Positions 39,201 to 48,300 of a stretch of DNA of 64,000 nt are shown here, piece after piece. Source of the stretch: Balanoglossus misakiensis. Lineage: Eukaryota; Animalia; Hemichordata. A model generated the notes under the pieces. That model made no database searches, was not told the DNA's origin, and worked only from the letters and a program-made list of their open reading frames with translations. The DNA lies in assembly GCA_040954595.2 (NCBI GenBank), contig CM082592.2, positions 868,001-932,000 of the forward strand, given 5' to 3'. Every line of letters begins with the position of its first letter. Position 1 is the first letter of the stretch. The translations under genes were made by a program, and so were the position numbers.

Positions 39201-39475
39201 TTGGAATCTTTTTCAGTACAGAGTCCCGTTTGTTCACAACTAATTGGCTCGGTCGAGTAGTGATTAAAGTCGGAATGGTCGTCGGATTATAGCAAGAAAT
39301 CACCTGTTCACAGACCGGGATCTCGTGTAGAGCACTGGTTCGAAAAAACCTGCCGTGAAACTTTTTGGCACGATCGTTGGTCAAAATTGTCGGAATATTA
39401 CGATACCTCGGCTTAACGTGTTTACGGCCAGCCTTGCATCCACGTGGTCTGAACGGGAGCGGTGCAGGATTTGTT
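36231..39475 (-). mobile_element. L2-clade LINE, probably 5'-truncated, nested in the DNA transposon
   Basis: APE+RT ORF, a 3' stem-loop GCGCACT...AGTGCGT and an (ATT)n tail at 36231-36251. The frame stays open upstream through RPRGCKAGRKH without an ATG. The 5' edge is approximate. Confidence 0.88.
36334..39384 (-). CDS. LINE endonuclease/reverse transcriptase (L2-type), uninterrupted
   Basis: APE motifs WNARS, ITETW, GGGVA, IYRPP, GDFN, TLDL and SDH. RT motifs YRPVSNL, DLSAAFDT, GVPQGSVLGP and YADD. The C-terminus GQRAFSVCAPLLWNALP...FKRCLKTHLF is L2-like. Confidence 0.95.
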   Translation of the reverse strand: MTNDRAKKFHGRFFRTSALHEIPVCEQVISCYNPTTIPTLITTRPSQLVVNKRDSVLKKIPMTSSCLNKLQLNAALWNARSINGKIGAIATTLIEEKLDILIITETWLKSKDDPIIAEINSSITGYTIHQLSRSNRRGGGVAILARSNLKVIAKLSHVFQSFECLDVTFRSVSQSLHTIAIYRPPNSKKNKATISDFVSEFSSLLETAVPSPGHLLIAGDFNFHFDNLHSPDTIKLSNLLQSMGLNQHVNESTHAKGHTLDLLITRSADSFLHSVRVDKSLESDHSLVHFGLNVQRPPNNKVKILRRDFSTINTADLRNILNTVFARYPCDNDAERLSHFFYNAVTEALNDVAPMTEKWIIDKVRAPWFCEELLLLRKKVRQLENKWQKSKLEIDRQLFLSKRLEYVRRCDVLKSAYHRTRIQEADNKRLFDIVAQLSSVKATNSNILPSNIALKDMPSKFLNFFESKVSKLREDLDGCSDAWKNDVLPSHTVTNFDAVSPDVVTTLIKRSSSKSCDLDVLPSKFVQDSIDLLAPFLTQLFNASLSSGIVPSQFKSAIIRPLLKKSHLDQNILKNYRPVSNLPFLSKVLERIVAQQLYDHLNRYQLFTRCQSAYRANHSTETALLRVHNDIMLALNQKKDVLLVMLDLSAAFDTIDYDILLHRLRSRFGITGTVLSWFRSYLADRTHRVKIGNVFSHHLQVKYGVPQGSVLGPILFTLYTAPLEDIIVGHNLDYMMYADDTQLYIICNKPEDVSAGVEMCVDDIRGWMRSNMLVLNDNKTEVIHFSSRLKHDMAELHNLRIGKHNITPSPFVRNLGVILNRDGFMCEHISQLCRNAYFSLSRIGKIRKLLDKPTTEKLIHAFVTSRLDYCNSLFYGISNDQLIRLQSVQNAAARLVTGTRKYDHITPVFIDLHWLPVKARIQFKILLTTFKIVRGDAPLYLTDLIDLYVPSRNLRSSEKLRLTPPRGYFNKSYGQRAFSVCAPLLWNALPSEIRCARNTTSFKRCLKTHLFNKFYS

Positions 39476-39649
39476 GAAAAAAGAACAATGTCCAGGATAT
39501 TTTTCTGCTTGAGATAAAAAAAATTGTGGTAAATGTATAAGACAAAATGTCATAAAATACAACAATTCAAATTTTACTTTGATTTGATCCCATTATAATT
39601 ATAAAGGAGCACATCCCGTTGACTCACAACTCAAATTTTACAGAAATCA

Positions 39650-40121
39650 ATTGAAAACTTTCTGATATCAACTAATACATGGAAACCTAGAAAACATAAT
39701 ACAAAAATACAAGATTTTCATTTTCACTATAATTTTGATATATCATAATAACAATCCCCAAAGGAAACTACATTTAGTAAATTGCAAAGCAATTGGATGG
39801 ACAACCCGTTTCAGAGAAATTGATTTTTGTACCAAAAATGGAAAAAACAGCCACAAGAATACGAAATCTACACTTTCATTAAATGGTCTGCAAATTTCAA
39901 AGCAATCAGGGTAGAGGCTTTTGAGAAATATTTTTTGACCAAGAATGTCCTAAATCATCCCAAAAATATACAATTGATTTCTTCCCCTTGATTTGAAAAA
40001 CAAAATCAAGGAAACTACATCTGATGCACACCCTCAAATGAAATTTCTGATAAATACTATTACAGACGCAACCAATCCCATAAGGTTCCAATGGTATATA
40101 TGCATATACCAAATGGGACCT
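39650..40121 (+). mobile_element. Second HINE-like fragment related to 32393-33341
   Basis: It shares the end ACAGACGCAACC.ATCCCATAAGGT.CC.ATGGTATAT...ATACCAA.TGGGACCT. The left boundary is uncertain. Confidence 0.5.
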
Positions 40122-40229
40122 GGTAAAACACATATCATCCCTCAAGAATTACAAATTGATTTCATCAAAATTCAGTCAAGATGGGTGCCAGAAACCAATA
40201 CACCATGTCCTGCCAAACAACACCTTTAT

Positions 40230-41516
40230 TTATATATCAAAGAATATTAGTGATGAGATTTGCCCCTGACTGACAGCTGTGCCATTGCTCAGACCTTGCA
40301 TACTGAAATTTTTAAATGTCACCCAGAAATCAGTACTTTTTAATGTTGTGATTCTTCGGCGAGAGATCCCACATGACCCGAATGATGTTTCTTTATTTCC
40401 TCTGATTTGACAGACAACTGAATAATCTACATTGGGTTGGATTTTAATCAGCTTACTGAAGACAACAGGAAAGGTAATCTGGGGGGAAGTGTTTGAGGCT
40501 TCTGTATTGTACACAACAGCTTGTTGATGATTTAATATTGTGACATGAGCATGGACACTTTCATCTGTATTTCCAAACACATAAACACCTAGCAGTGAGA
40601 CAGGAACATCCACTGAAAAGGAAATCCTGTCACCCTCAAATTGGTTTCCTTTCCATGTGTTTGGATTTTTTTCATTGATGAAACGCCGCGCCACAATGGC
40701 ATTATTTGGAACCACATTTCTTGTGATTACATCCACATAACCAGGAACAGGAAAATTGCATCCAGGATGTCGAACTGCTTTTAATATCTGGAAGACATCT
40801 TCATAACACAAAATTTGTTCAGAAATTAGTCGATGAATACTTTCTTCACTTAACGACAAGAAACGGATGTGGGGAAGAAATGGCTCAAAACAAAAGGGGG
40901 CATCCATATCATTGCCATTGACACCCTGAAGTTTCCTTTCCACCCATAAAAACAATGCATTCAAAAGTGTGTCTTCCTTTACCGAAAGCGTCTGACGCTG
41001 AATTATTTTTACAACTATGCTTTCAGGAAGTTGAAGACAATCTTCCAAAACTTGCTCAGAATTAAACAGTTTAACACCATTCTGATCAATTATTGACAGA
41101 CAGTGTTCAAAAGTACTATCTAACTGGTATTTCTGACAAAATACAAGGTCTCTAATACTGCGGGAAGTTACAATGTTGGAAATTAAAAATGATTCACATT
41201 TCTCTTTTAAAGAATTTATCATGTAAAAGTTACATATCTCCACATAATCTTCAACATTTTCACTTGTAATATTTAACTTTTCAAAATAAAAATCATCAAT
41301 GACATTTTGCGTGAGTAAGGGATCAAAGTCAGAACAATCAATGGTTTTGTCGTTGGCCCATTCCGAATGCAAACGGGCGGCAAACACATCCGAAAAAAGA
41401 CACAACACCAATGAATGGGCCCTTCTCGTCTGACCATCTCTGAAGCGAAGGATGACATCATTTGCTACAGTGTCTTGGTTTCTATATGAAGTTTGCAATT
41501 TTTGGGCCAGTAACAT
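40230..41516 (-). CDS. BTB-BACK-PHR protein (BTBD1/2/3/6-like architecture), 428 aa, intronless CDS, cargo in the transposon
   Basis: BTB: DVILRFRDG..RRAHSLVLCLFSDVFAARLHSEW. BACK: CLQLPESIVVKIIQRQTLSVKEDTLLNALFLW...LPHIRFLSLS. PHR: ARRF...W....DRISFSVDVPVSLLGVYVFG...FPVVFSKLIKIQPNVDY...NGTAVSQGQISSLIF. A splice acceptor (TACCTTTGTTACACTTGCAG) lies 5 nt before the ATG at 41516, and AATAAA overlaps the stop. Confidence 0.9.
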   Translation of the reverse strand: MLLAQKLQTSYRNQDTVANDVILRFRDGQTRRAHSLVLCLFSDVFAARLHSEWANDKTIDCSDFDPLLTQNVIDDFYFEKLNITSENVEDYVEICNFYMINSLKEKCESFLISNIVTSRSIRDLVFCQKYQLDSTFEHCLSIIDQNGVKLFNSEQVLEDCLQLPESIVVKIIQRQTLSVKEDTLLNALFLWVERKLQGVNGNDMDAPFCFEPFLPHIRFLSLSEESIHRLISEQILCYEDVFQILKAVRHPGCNFPVPGYVDVITRNVVPNNAIVARRFINEKNPNTWKGNQFEGDRISFSVDVPVSLLGVYVFGNTDESVHAHVTILNHQQAVVYNTEASNTSPQITFPVVFSKLIKIQPNVDYSVVCQIRGNKETSFGSCGISRRRITTLKSTDFWVTFKNFSMQGLSNGTAVSQGQISSLIFFDI

Positions 41517-41686
41517 GATGTCTGCAAGTGTAACAAAGGTATAACACCAGTATTGTATCAGTTTAGTTGTATATCGACACAAACTGAATAGCTCAGGGCC
41601 TAACTGTATCCTAATTATATTGGAAAATATCTGAATTGTTAGATTGTTCATTTTATCAGTTTATTACCATTTTGGTAGGAAATTCT

Positions 41687-44620
41687 AATTGTTCTCAAAA
41701 ATTGCACAGACAAGTATTACATATACAACAGGCTTATTGCATCAAAACTAGAAAAACAAATAAACATGGAAACAAATTGGGTTATATTTGTCCCAGACAG
41801 AAATCTATGAACGGTTATGAAATCTGGCGACTTCTTGATGAAGTTTCTTTTAATTTAATTTCTGTAGTAAACTTAACTGTCAAAAGTTGTTTATTTTATC
41901 ATACCTTATTCAAATGTGAAATATCATAGTCGAAATTGGGGCATTATAGTGAAAAAATGTAAAATTACAGTTTATAAATTGGTTGGTAAATCGGAATAAA
42001 TCATGTAAATTTACATGAATGTCATTAGAAAGAAAAGTCAAAGTTCAAATAAAGAGTTCAATCAAATTCATGGAGATTCCATGACAGTGTATATCATCTG
42101 TTACATTTCTTTTTGTTCTTTTCTAAATTATGTTGAACTCTCTTTTTTCAGCTTTTCAACATATTCCAGTGCATTATTATGACACAGTTGCGTTTTGACT
42201 GTTGCTGAAAAAGGTCTGCAGACTTGTTCCTAAATTTACCACTTTAGGTGCAAACATTATACATGAAAACAAGAACACCACATCTAATTGAAATGCAGGT
42301 GTCCATAGAAACCAACCAATAATGTAATCAACCCATGTTTTTTCAGCTGTGTCACTATCAGTTTCACTATCTGTAGGCTCATAAAACAAACAGCTATGGA
42401 CTCCCAACAGGAACCCAACTTGGGTTAACATTTGAACAGTAAAAAATGACCTATACCTCCCTGAACTGACTATTTTCTGTTCCCAAACTAAATTCCTGAA
42501 CAAAATTTCTTGTCCGTTTACAAATTGCAGCCACTTTTCCAAGGAGTACCAGTTAGATTTCCACACAGCCAGCCAGCGAACTCTGACCCTCACCCAAAAT
42601 GGACATTCAGTTAACTTCGTGCGAGCGCCATATTAGCATATCAATAGCAATCATTTCAAGTTGAGAACTTTCTCTGTGGATGATCGGCTGAAATACGTAA
42701 ACTAACCAGAGAATTTGTTCACGAAAAGAGTTTAGGAAACAGTAAATTAAAAAAGATAACACAGACGAGACAGTGGATTCGCAGGAAACTAGCGGAAAAG
42801 ACTTGACAAACGAACATAACTGTTCTTACCTTCACTACAACTTCGCTCCACAAGTTCTGTTTGCAGTGGTGAATTGTTCTCAAAAATTGCACAGACAAGT
42901 ATTACATATACAACAGGCTTATCGCATCAATACTAGAAAAACAAAAAACATGGAAACAAATTGGGTTATATTTGTCCCAGACAGGAATCTATGAACGGTT
43001 ATGAAATCTGGCGACTTCTTGATGAAGTTTCTTTTAATTTAATTTCTGTAGTAAACTTAACTGTCAAAATTTGTTTATTTTATCATACCTTATTCAAGTG
43101 TGAAATATCATAGTCGAAATTGGGGCAAACATTATACATGAAAACAAGAACATCACATCTAATTGAAATGCAGGTGTCCATAGAAACCAACCAATAATGT
43201 GATCAACCCATGTTTTTTCAGCTGTGTCACTATCAGTTTCACTATCTGTAGGCTCATAAAACAAACAGCTATGGACTCCCAACAGGAACCCAACTTGGGT
43301 TAACATTTGAACAGTAAAAAATGACCTATACCTCCCTGAACTGACTATTTTCTGTTCCCAAACTAAATTCCTGAACAAAATTGTTTGTCCGTTTACAAAT
43401 TGCAGCCACTTTTCCAAGGAGTACCAGTAAGATTTCCACACAGCCAGCCAGCGAACTCTGACCCTCACCCAAAATGGACATTCAGTTAACTTCGTGCGAG
43501 CGCCATATTAGCATATCAATAGCAATCATTTCAAGTTGAGAACTTTCTCTGTGGATGATCGGCTGAAATACGTAAACTAACCAGAGAATTTTTCACGAAA
43601 AGAGTTTAGGAAACAGTTATTTAAAAAAGATAACACAGACGAGACAGTGAATTCGCAGGAAACTAGCGGAAAAGACTTGACAAACGAACATAACTTTTCT
43701 TACCTTCACTACAACTTCGCTCCACAAGTTCTGTTTGCAGTGGTGAATTGTTCTCAAAAATTGCACAGACAAGTATTACATATACAACAGGCTTATCGCA
43801 TCAATACTAGAAAAACAAAAAACATGGAAACAAATTGGGTTATATTTGTCCCAGACAGGAATCTATGAACGGTTATGAAATCTGGCGACTTCTTGATGAA
43901 GTTTCTTTTAATTTAATTTCTGTAGTAAACTTAACTGTCAAAATTTGTTTATTTTATCATACCTTATTCAAGTGTGAAATATCATAGTCGAAATTGGGGC
44001 AAACATTATACATGAAAACAAGAACATCACATCTAATTGAAATGCAGGTGTCCATAGAAACCAACCAATAATGTGATCAACCCATGTTTTTTCAGCTGTG
44101 TCACTATCAGTTTCACTATCTGTAGGCTCATAAAACAAACAGCTATGGACTCCCAACAGGAACCCAACTTGGGTTAACATTTGAACAGTAAAAAATGACC
44201 TATACCTCCCTGAACTGACTATTTTCTGTTCCCAAACTAAATTCCTGAACAAAATTGTTTGTCCGTTTACAAATTGCAGCCACTTTTCCAAGGAGTACCA
44301 GTAAGATTTCCACACAGCCAGCCAGCGAACTCTGACCCTCACCCAAAATGGACATTCAGTTAACTTCGTGCGAGCGCCATATTAGCATATCAATAGCAAT
44401 CATTTCAAGTTGAGAACTTTCTCTGTGGATGATCGGCTGAAATACGTAAACTAACCAGAGAATTTTTCACGAAAAGAGTTTAGGAAACAGTTATTTAAAA
44501 AAGATAACACAGACGAGACAGTGAATTCGCAGGAAACTAGCGGAAAAGACTTGACAAACGAACATAACTTTTCTTACCTTCACTACAACTTCGCTCCACA
44601 AGTTCTGTTTGCAGTGGTGA
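41687..44620. repeat. Tandem triplication (874-bp period) of the 5' exon block of the minus-strand transcription unit
   Basis: Blocks start AATTGTTCTCAAAA at 41687, 42872 and 43746. The two outer copies are near identical and lack ~310 bp (41942-42250) present in the inner copy. Confidence 0.92.
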
Positions 44621-44621
44621 C

Positions 44622-44632
44622 TGCGCATGCTC
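44622..44632 (-). promoter_or_regulatory. NRF1-like motif upstream of the first minus-strand exon
   Basis: The minus strand reads GAGCATGCGCA, ~45 bp before an AAG|GTAAGA donor at 44577. A matching acceptor (TACGTATTTCAG) is near 44437. Confidence 0.45.
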
Positions 44633-44645
44633 AGAAAATCAGAGA

Positions 44646-45062
44646 AAACGCCGATGCGAGAAAACTCTTTAGCTGAAACGCCAATGCGCATGTGTAGAAT
44701 GCCGGCGCGACAAAACTCTCCAGAAACGCCGATGCGAGAAAACTCTTTAGCTGAAACGCCAATGCGCATGTGTAGAATGCCGGCGCGACAAAACTCTCCA
44801 GAAACGCCGATGCGAGAAAACTCTTTAGCTGAAACGCCAATGCGCATGTGTAGAATGCCGGCGCGACAAAACTCTCCAGAAACGCCGATGCGAGAAAACT
44901 CTTTAGCTGAAACGCCAATGCGCATGTGTAGAATGCCGGTGCGACAAAACTCTCCAGAAACGCCGATGCGAGAAAACTCTTTAGCTGAAACGCCAATGCG
45001 CATGTGTAGAATGCCGGTGCGACAAAACTCTCCAGAAACGCCGATGCGAGAAAACTCTAGCT
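44646..45062 (-). repeat. Right subterminal 78-bp tandem array (~5.3 near-identical copies)
   Basis: Unit GAAACGCCGATGCGAGAAAACTCTTTAGCTGAAACGCCAATGCGCATGTGTAGAATGCCGG(C/T)GCGACAAAACTCTCCA. The overlapping ORFs show 26-aa periodicity. Confidence 0.95.
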
Positions 45063-45311
45063 GAAACGCCGATGCGACAACTCTGTAGAAACGCCGATGC
45101 GAGAACTCATCAAATCACCGGTTGTGATTTTGTCGGCGCCGGTAGATTGAGTAAAGGTGTCGGCAAAAATTTGGTTGTTACCGGCATTTTAGATTACGGC
45201 GTCGGCACCCAATGTGCGTCATATTTTCAGCATATGCGTTCCTATCATTTGTCTATGGACTTTACCCATGTATTGAGAGAAGTTGTCGGGGGTCCCCAAC
45301 GGCTTTCCATA
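45063..45311 (-). repeat. Right terminal inverted repeat (249 bp)
   Basis: Reverse complement of 22897-23145. Confidence 0.95.
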
Positions 45312-48300
45312 GTCTGTCATGGTGTGCCGGGGTTTTAGTCGAGCCAGGCCGTAGGAGATCTGACTTGATCATCGTGGTCAATGTACGCGTGTTTCCGCTC
45401 TAAAGTGCCGGGGCTTCAGCTAAACCAGGCCGTAGGAAATCCGACGTAATCACCGTTGATAACTTACGCCTGTCTGTGTCATATAGAGCCGGTGCACCAG
45501 CCGAGTCACGCCGTAGGAAATCTGACTTGATCAACGTGGTCAATGTACGCCTGTTTCTGCTCTAGAGTGCCGGGGCTTCAGCTGAGCCAGGCCGTAGGAA
45601 ACCCGACGTGATTACCGTTGTTAACTTACGCCAGTCTGTGTCCTATATATAGTGCCGGGGCATCAGCCGTGCCAGGCCTAAGGAAATGTGAGTAGATCAA
45701 CGTGGTCTCTGTACGCGTGTTTCTGCTCTAGAGTGCCAGGGCTTTAGCCAAGCCATGCCGTAGCCAAGCCAAGCCATGACTTGATCAACGTTGCTAACGA
45801 ACGCTAGTGTCTGTCATAGTGTGCCGGGGTTTTAGTCGAGCCAAGCCGTAGGAGATCAGACTTGATCAACGTGGTCTCTGTACGCGTGTTTCTGCTCTAG
45901 AGTGCCGGGGCTTTATCCAAGCCATGCCGTAGAAAATCTGACTTGATCACCGTTGCTAACGTACGCTAGTGTCTGTCATATTGTGACGGAGATTTAGCCG
46001 AGCCAGGCCGTAGAAAAATCGACTTGTTCAACGTTACCAGTGTGCAACTGTTTCTGCTCTAGAGTGTCAGGGTTTTAGCCGACTTATGCTGTAGGAAATC
46101 TGAGTTGATGAACGGGAATTCAATGTTAGAAAACCCGTGTGGAAAGTATCTCTACCCGTTTGAAACTAAGAAAAGAATTTATTCTTATTTATTTTGTAAA
46201 AAAGACAATTTTTCGAAAAAAAGTCGAAAAATTGCAATTTTGTCTTGGGTGATTCAAATTATACCGCCTTTTCTGGAATTTGCAGCACTTTTTACAAGAG
46301 AACGACACTTCATGCTCCATAATATTTCCGAAAATGAAGAAAAGAGTTAATTTTTTATGATTTTTCAAAAATTTACCATTTTTGTCAAAATATGGCCAAA
46401 ATGGCTATTTTTCTTGAATTCCGTCAATATATCTGCATTTTTGGAGTGGTCGAGAGTTTTATCATACAATCAACATGTCATATATGATCAGGGCACCAAA
46501 TTCGAAGAACAAAGGTTTTTTTATTTTTTTTCTCTAAAAATGACATTTTCAAGGAAAATTTGGTAAAACGCAATTTTGTCTGCAGTGAGCCAAATTAGAC
46601 GGTCTTTTGTGGAATTTGTATCGATATATACATACGAAGAGCATTCTATACTCCATCAGATTTCCGAAAATGTAGAAAACAGGTATTTTTTGTAATTTTC
46701 CAAAAATTACCATTTTGACCAAATTGTGGCTAAAATTGTTATTTTCGTGATGAATGCCGCCAGTGTCACTGCTTTTAAAAGTCATAAAAACTTTTAACAT
46801 ACAAGCAATTGTTTGTATATGATCAGGTCACCGAATTAAAAAATAAAGAATGTTTTGACTAAAAATCAGCTCATTCAGAGTGCATTTTTATAATCAGCAC
46901 CATTTTTACATATAATGGAAATTTCATACATCATCAGATATCCAAATATGAAAAAATGATTTAGATTTTAGATGATTGTCCAAAATTAGCTGATATCTAA
47001 TAAATGTAGTATTGAACCGTTCTGTTCCCCCCCCCCCCTACATTATATGCGGTACGCCGATGTCAGCTTACCCGGCAGTACTGCAGGCCGTGCCCCCAAC
47101 TAACGTCGGTGTTTGAAACGCCCTGGTTAAATTGGGGCTTTCTCTATAAATTGACAGGCAATAATGCAGTCCTACCCGAACAAATGTCGAGTGTTGACCC
47201 GCTGTGACTTTCCCTCTTCGGTTTGCCCGACTTAGCCAACGTCTTTGTACTAATGTGTCGCGTCTTTTGCAGAGCCAGGCCGAAGGAAATCCGACTTGAT
47301 CACCGTTGCTAACGAACGTTAGTGTCTGTCATGGTGTGCCGGGGTTTTAGTCGAGCCAGGCCGTAGGAGATCTGACTTGATCATCGTGGTCAATGTACGC
47401 GTGTTTCCGCTCTAAAGTGCCGGGGCTTCAGCTAAACCATGCCGTAGGAAATCCGACGTAATCACCGTTGATAACTTACGCCAGTCTGTGTCATATAGAG
47501 CCGGTGCACCAGCCGAGTCACGCTGTAGGAAATCTGAATTGATCAACGTGGTCAATGTACGCCTGTTTCTGCTCTAGAGTGCCGGGGCTTCAGCTGAGCC
47601 AGGCCGTAGGAAACCCGACGTGATTACCGTTGTTAACTTACGCCAGTCTGTGTCCTATATATAGTGCCGGGGCATCAGCCGTGCCAGGCCGAAGGAAATG
47701 TGAGTAGATCAACGTGGTCTCTGTACGCGTGTTTCTGCTCTAGAGTGCCAGGGCTTTAGCCAAGCCATGCCGTAGGAAATCTGACTTGATCAACGTTGCT
47801 AACGAACGCTAGTGTCTGTCATAGTGTGCCGGGGTTTTAGTCGAGCCAAGCCGTAGGAGATCAGACTTGATCAACGTGGTCCTGGTACGCGTGTTTCTGC
47901 TCTAGAGTGCCGGGGCTTTATCCAAGCCATGCCGTAGGAAATCTGAGTTGATGAACGGGAATTCAATGTTAGAAAACCCGTGTGGAAAGTATCTCTACCC
48001 GTTTGAAACTAAGAAAAGAATTTATTCTTATTTATTTTGTAAAAAAGACAATTTTTCGAAAAAAAGTCGAAAATGGTAATTTTGTCTTGGGTGATTCAAA
48101 TTATACCGCCTTTTGTGGAATTTGCAGCACTTTTTACAAGAGAACGACACTTCATGCTCCATAATATTTTCGAAAATGAAGAAAAGAGTTTATTTTTTAA
48201 GATTTTTTAAAAATGTACCATTTTGTCAAAATATGGCCAAAATGGCTATTTTTTCTTGAATTCCGTCAATATCTCTGCATTTTTGGAGTGGTCGAAAGTT

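Larger units (their letters stand above)
22897..45311 (+). mobile_element. Giant (22,415 bp) IS3EU-type cut-and-paste DNA transposon with cargo genes
   Basis: Termini are TATGGAAAGCC...GGCTTTCCATA with 249-bp TIRs. The 6-bp TSD GTCTGT is at 22891-22896 and 45312-45317, and the satellite continues in register across it. The internal spliced transposase has WHIDG...RADHGTE...NQRIERWW. TAY..RTA ends and a 6-bp TSD match my recollection of the IS3EU definition. Confidence 0.9.

Noticed and set aside
36226-39486. AAAGAA as a TSD of the L2 element
   Set aside because: Too short and low-complexity in AT-rich flanks, and the 5' end cannot be fixed by eye.
41517-41651. First 45 codons of the 473-aa ORF-track call for the BTB protein
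   Set aside because: This stretch contains a polypyrimidine tract and CAG acceptor just before a better-placed ATG at 41516, so it is probably intron.
42177-44342. Three MRVRVRWLAVW... ORFs as a tandem gene family
   Set aside because: They start at GTG and read through an apparent splice donor (GAG|GTATAG). They are better explained as a triplicated exon/intron block.
22897-45311. Polinton/Maverick or endogenous virus interpretation of the 22-kb, 6-bp-TSD element
   Set aside because: No protein-primed DNA polymerase, packaging ATPase, capsid or adenain protease was found. The termini are TAT..ATA rather than AG..CT, and the transposase is of the spliced IS3EU type.
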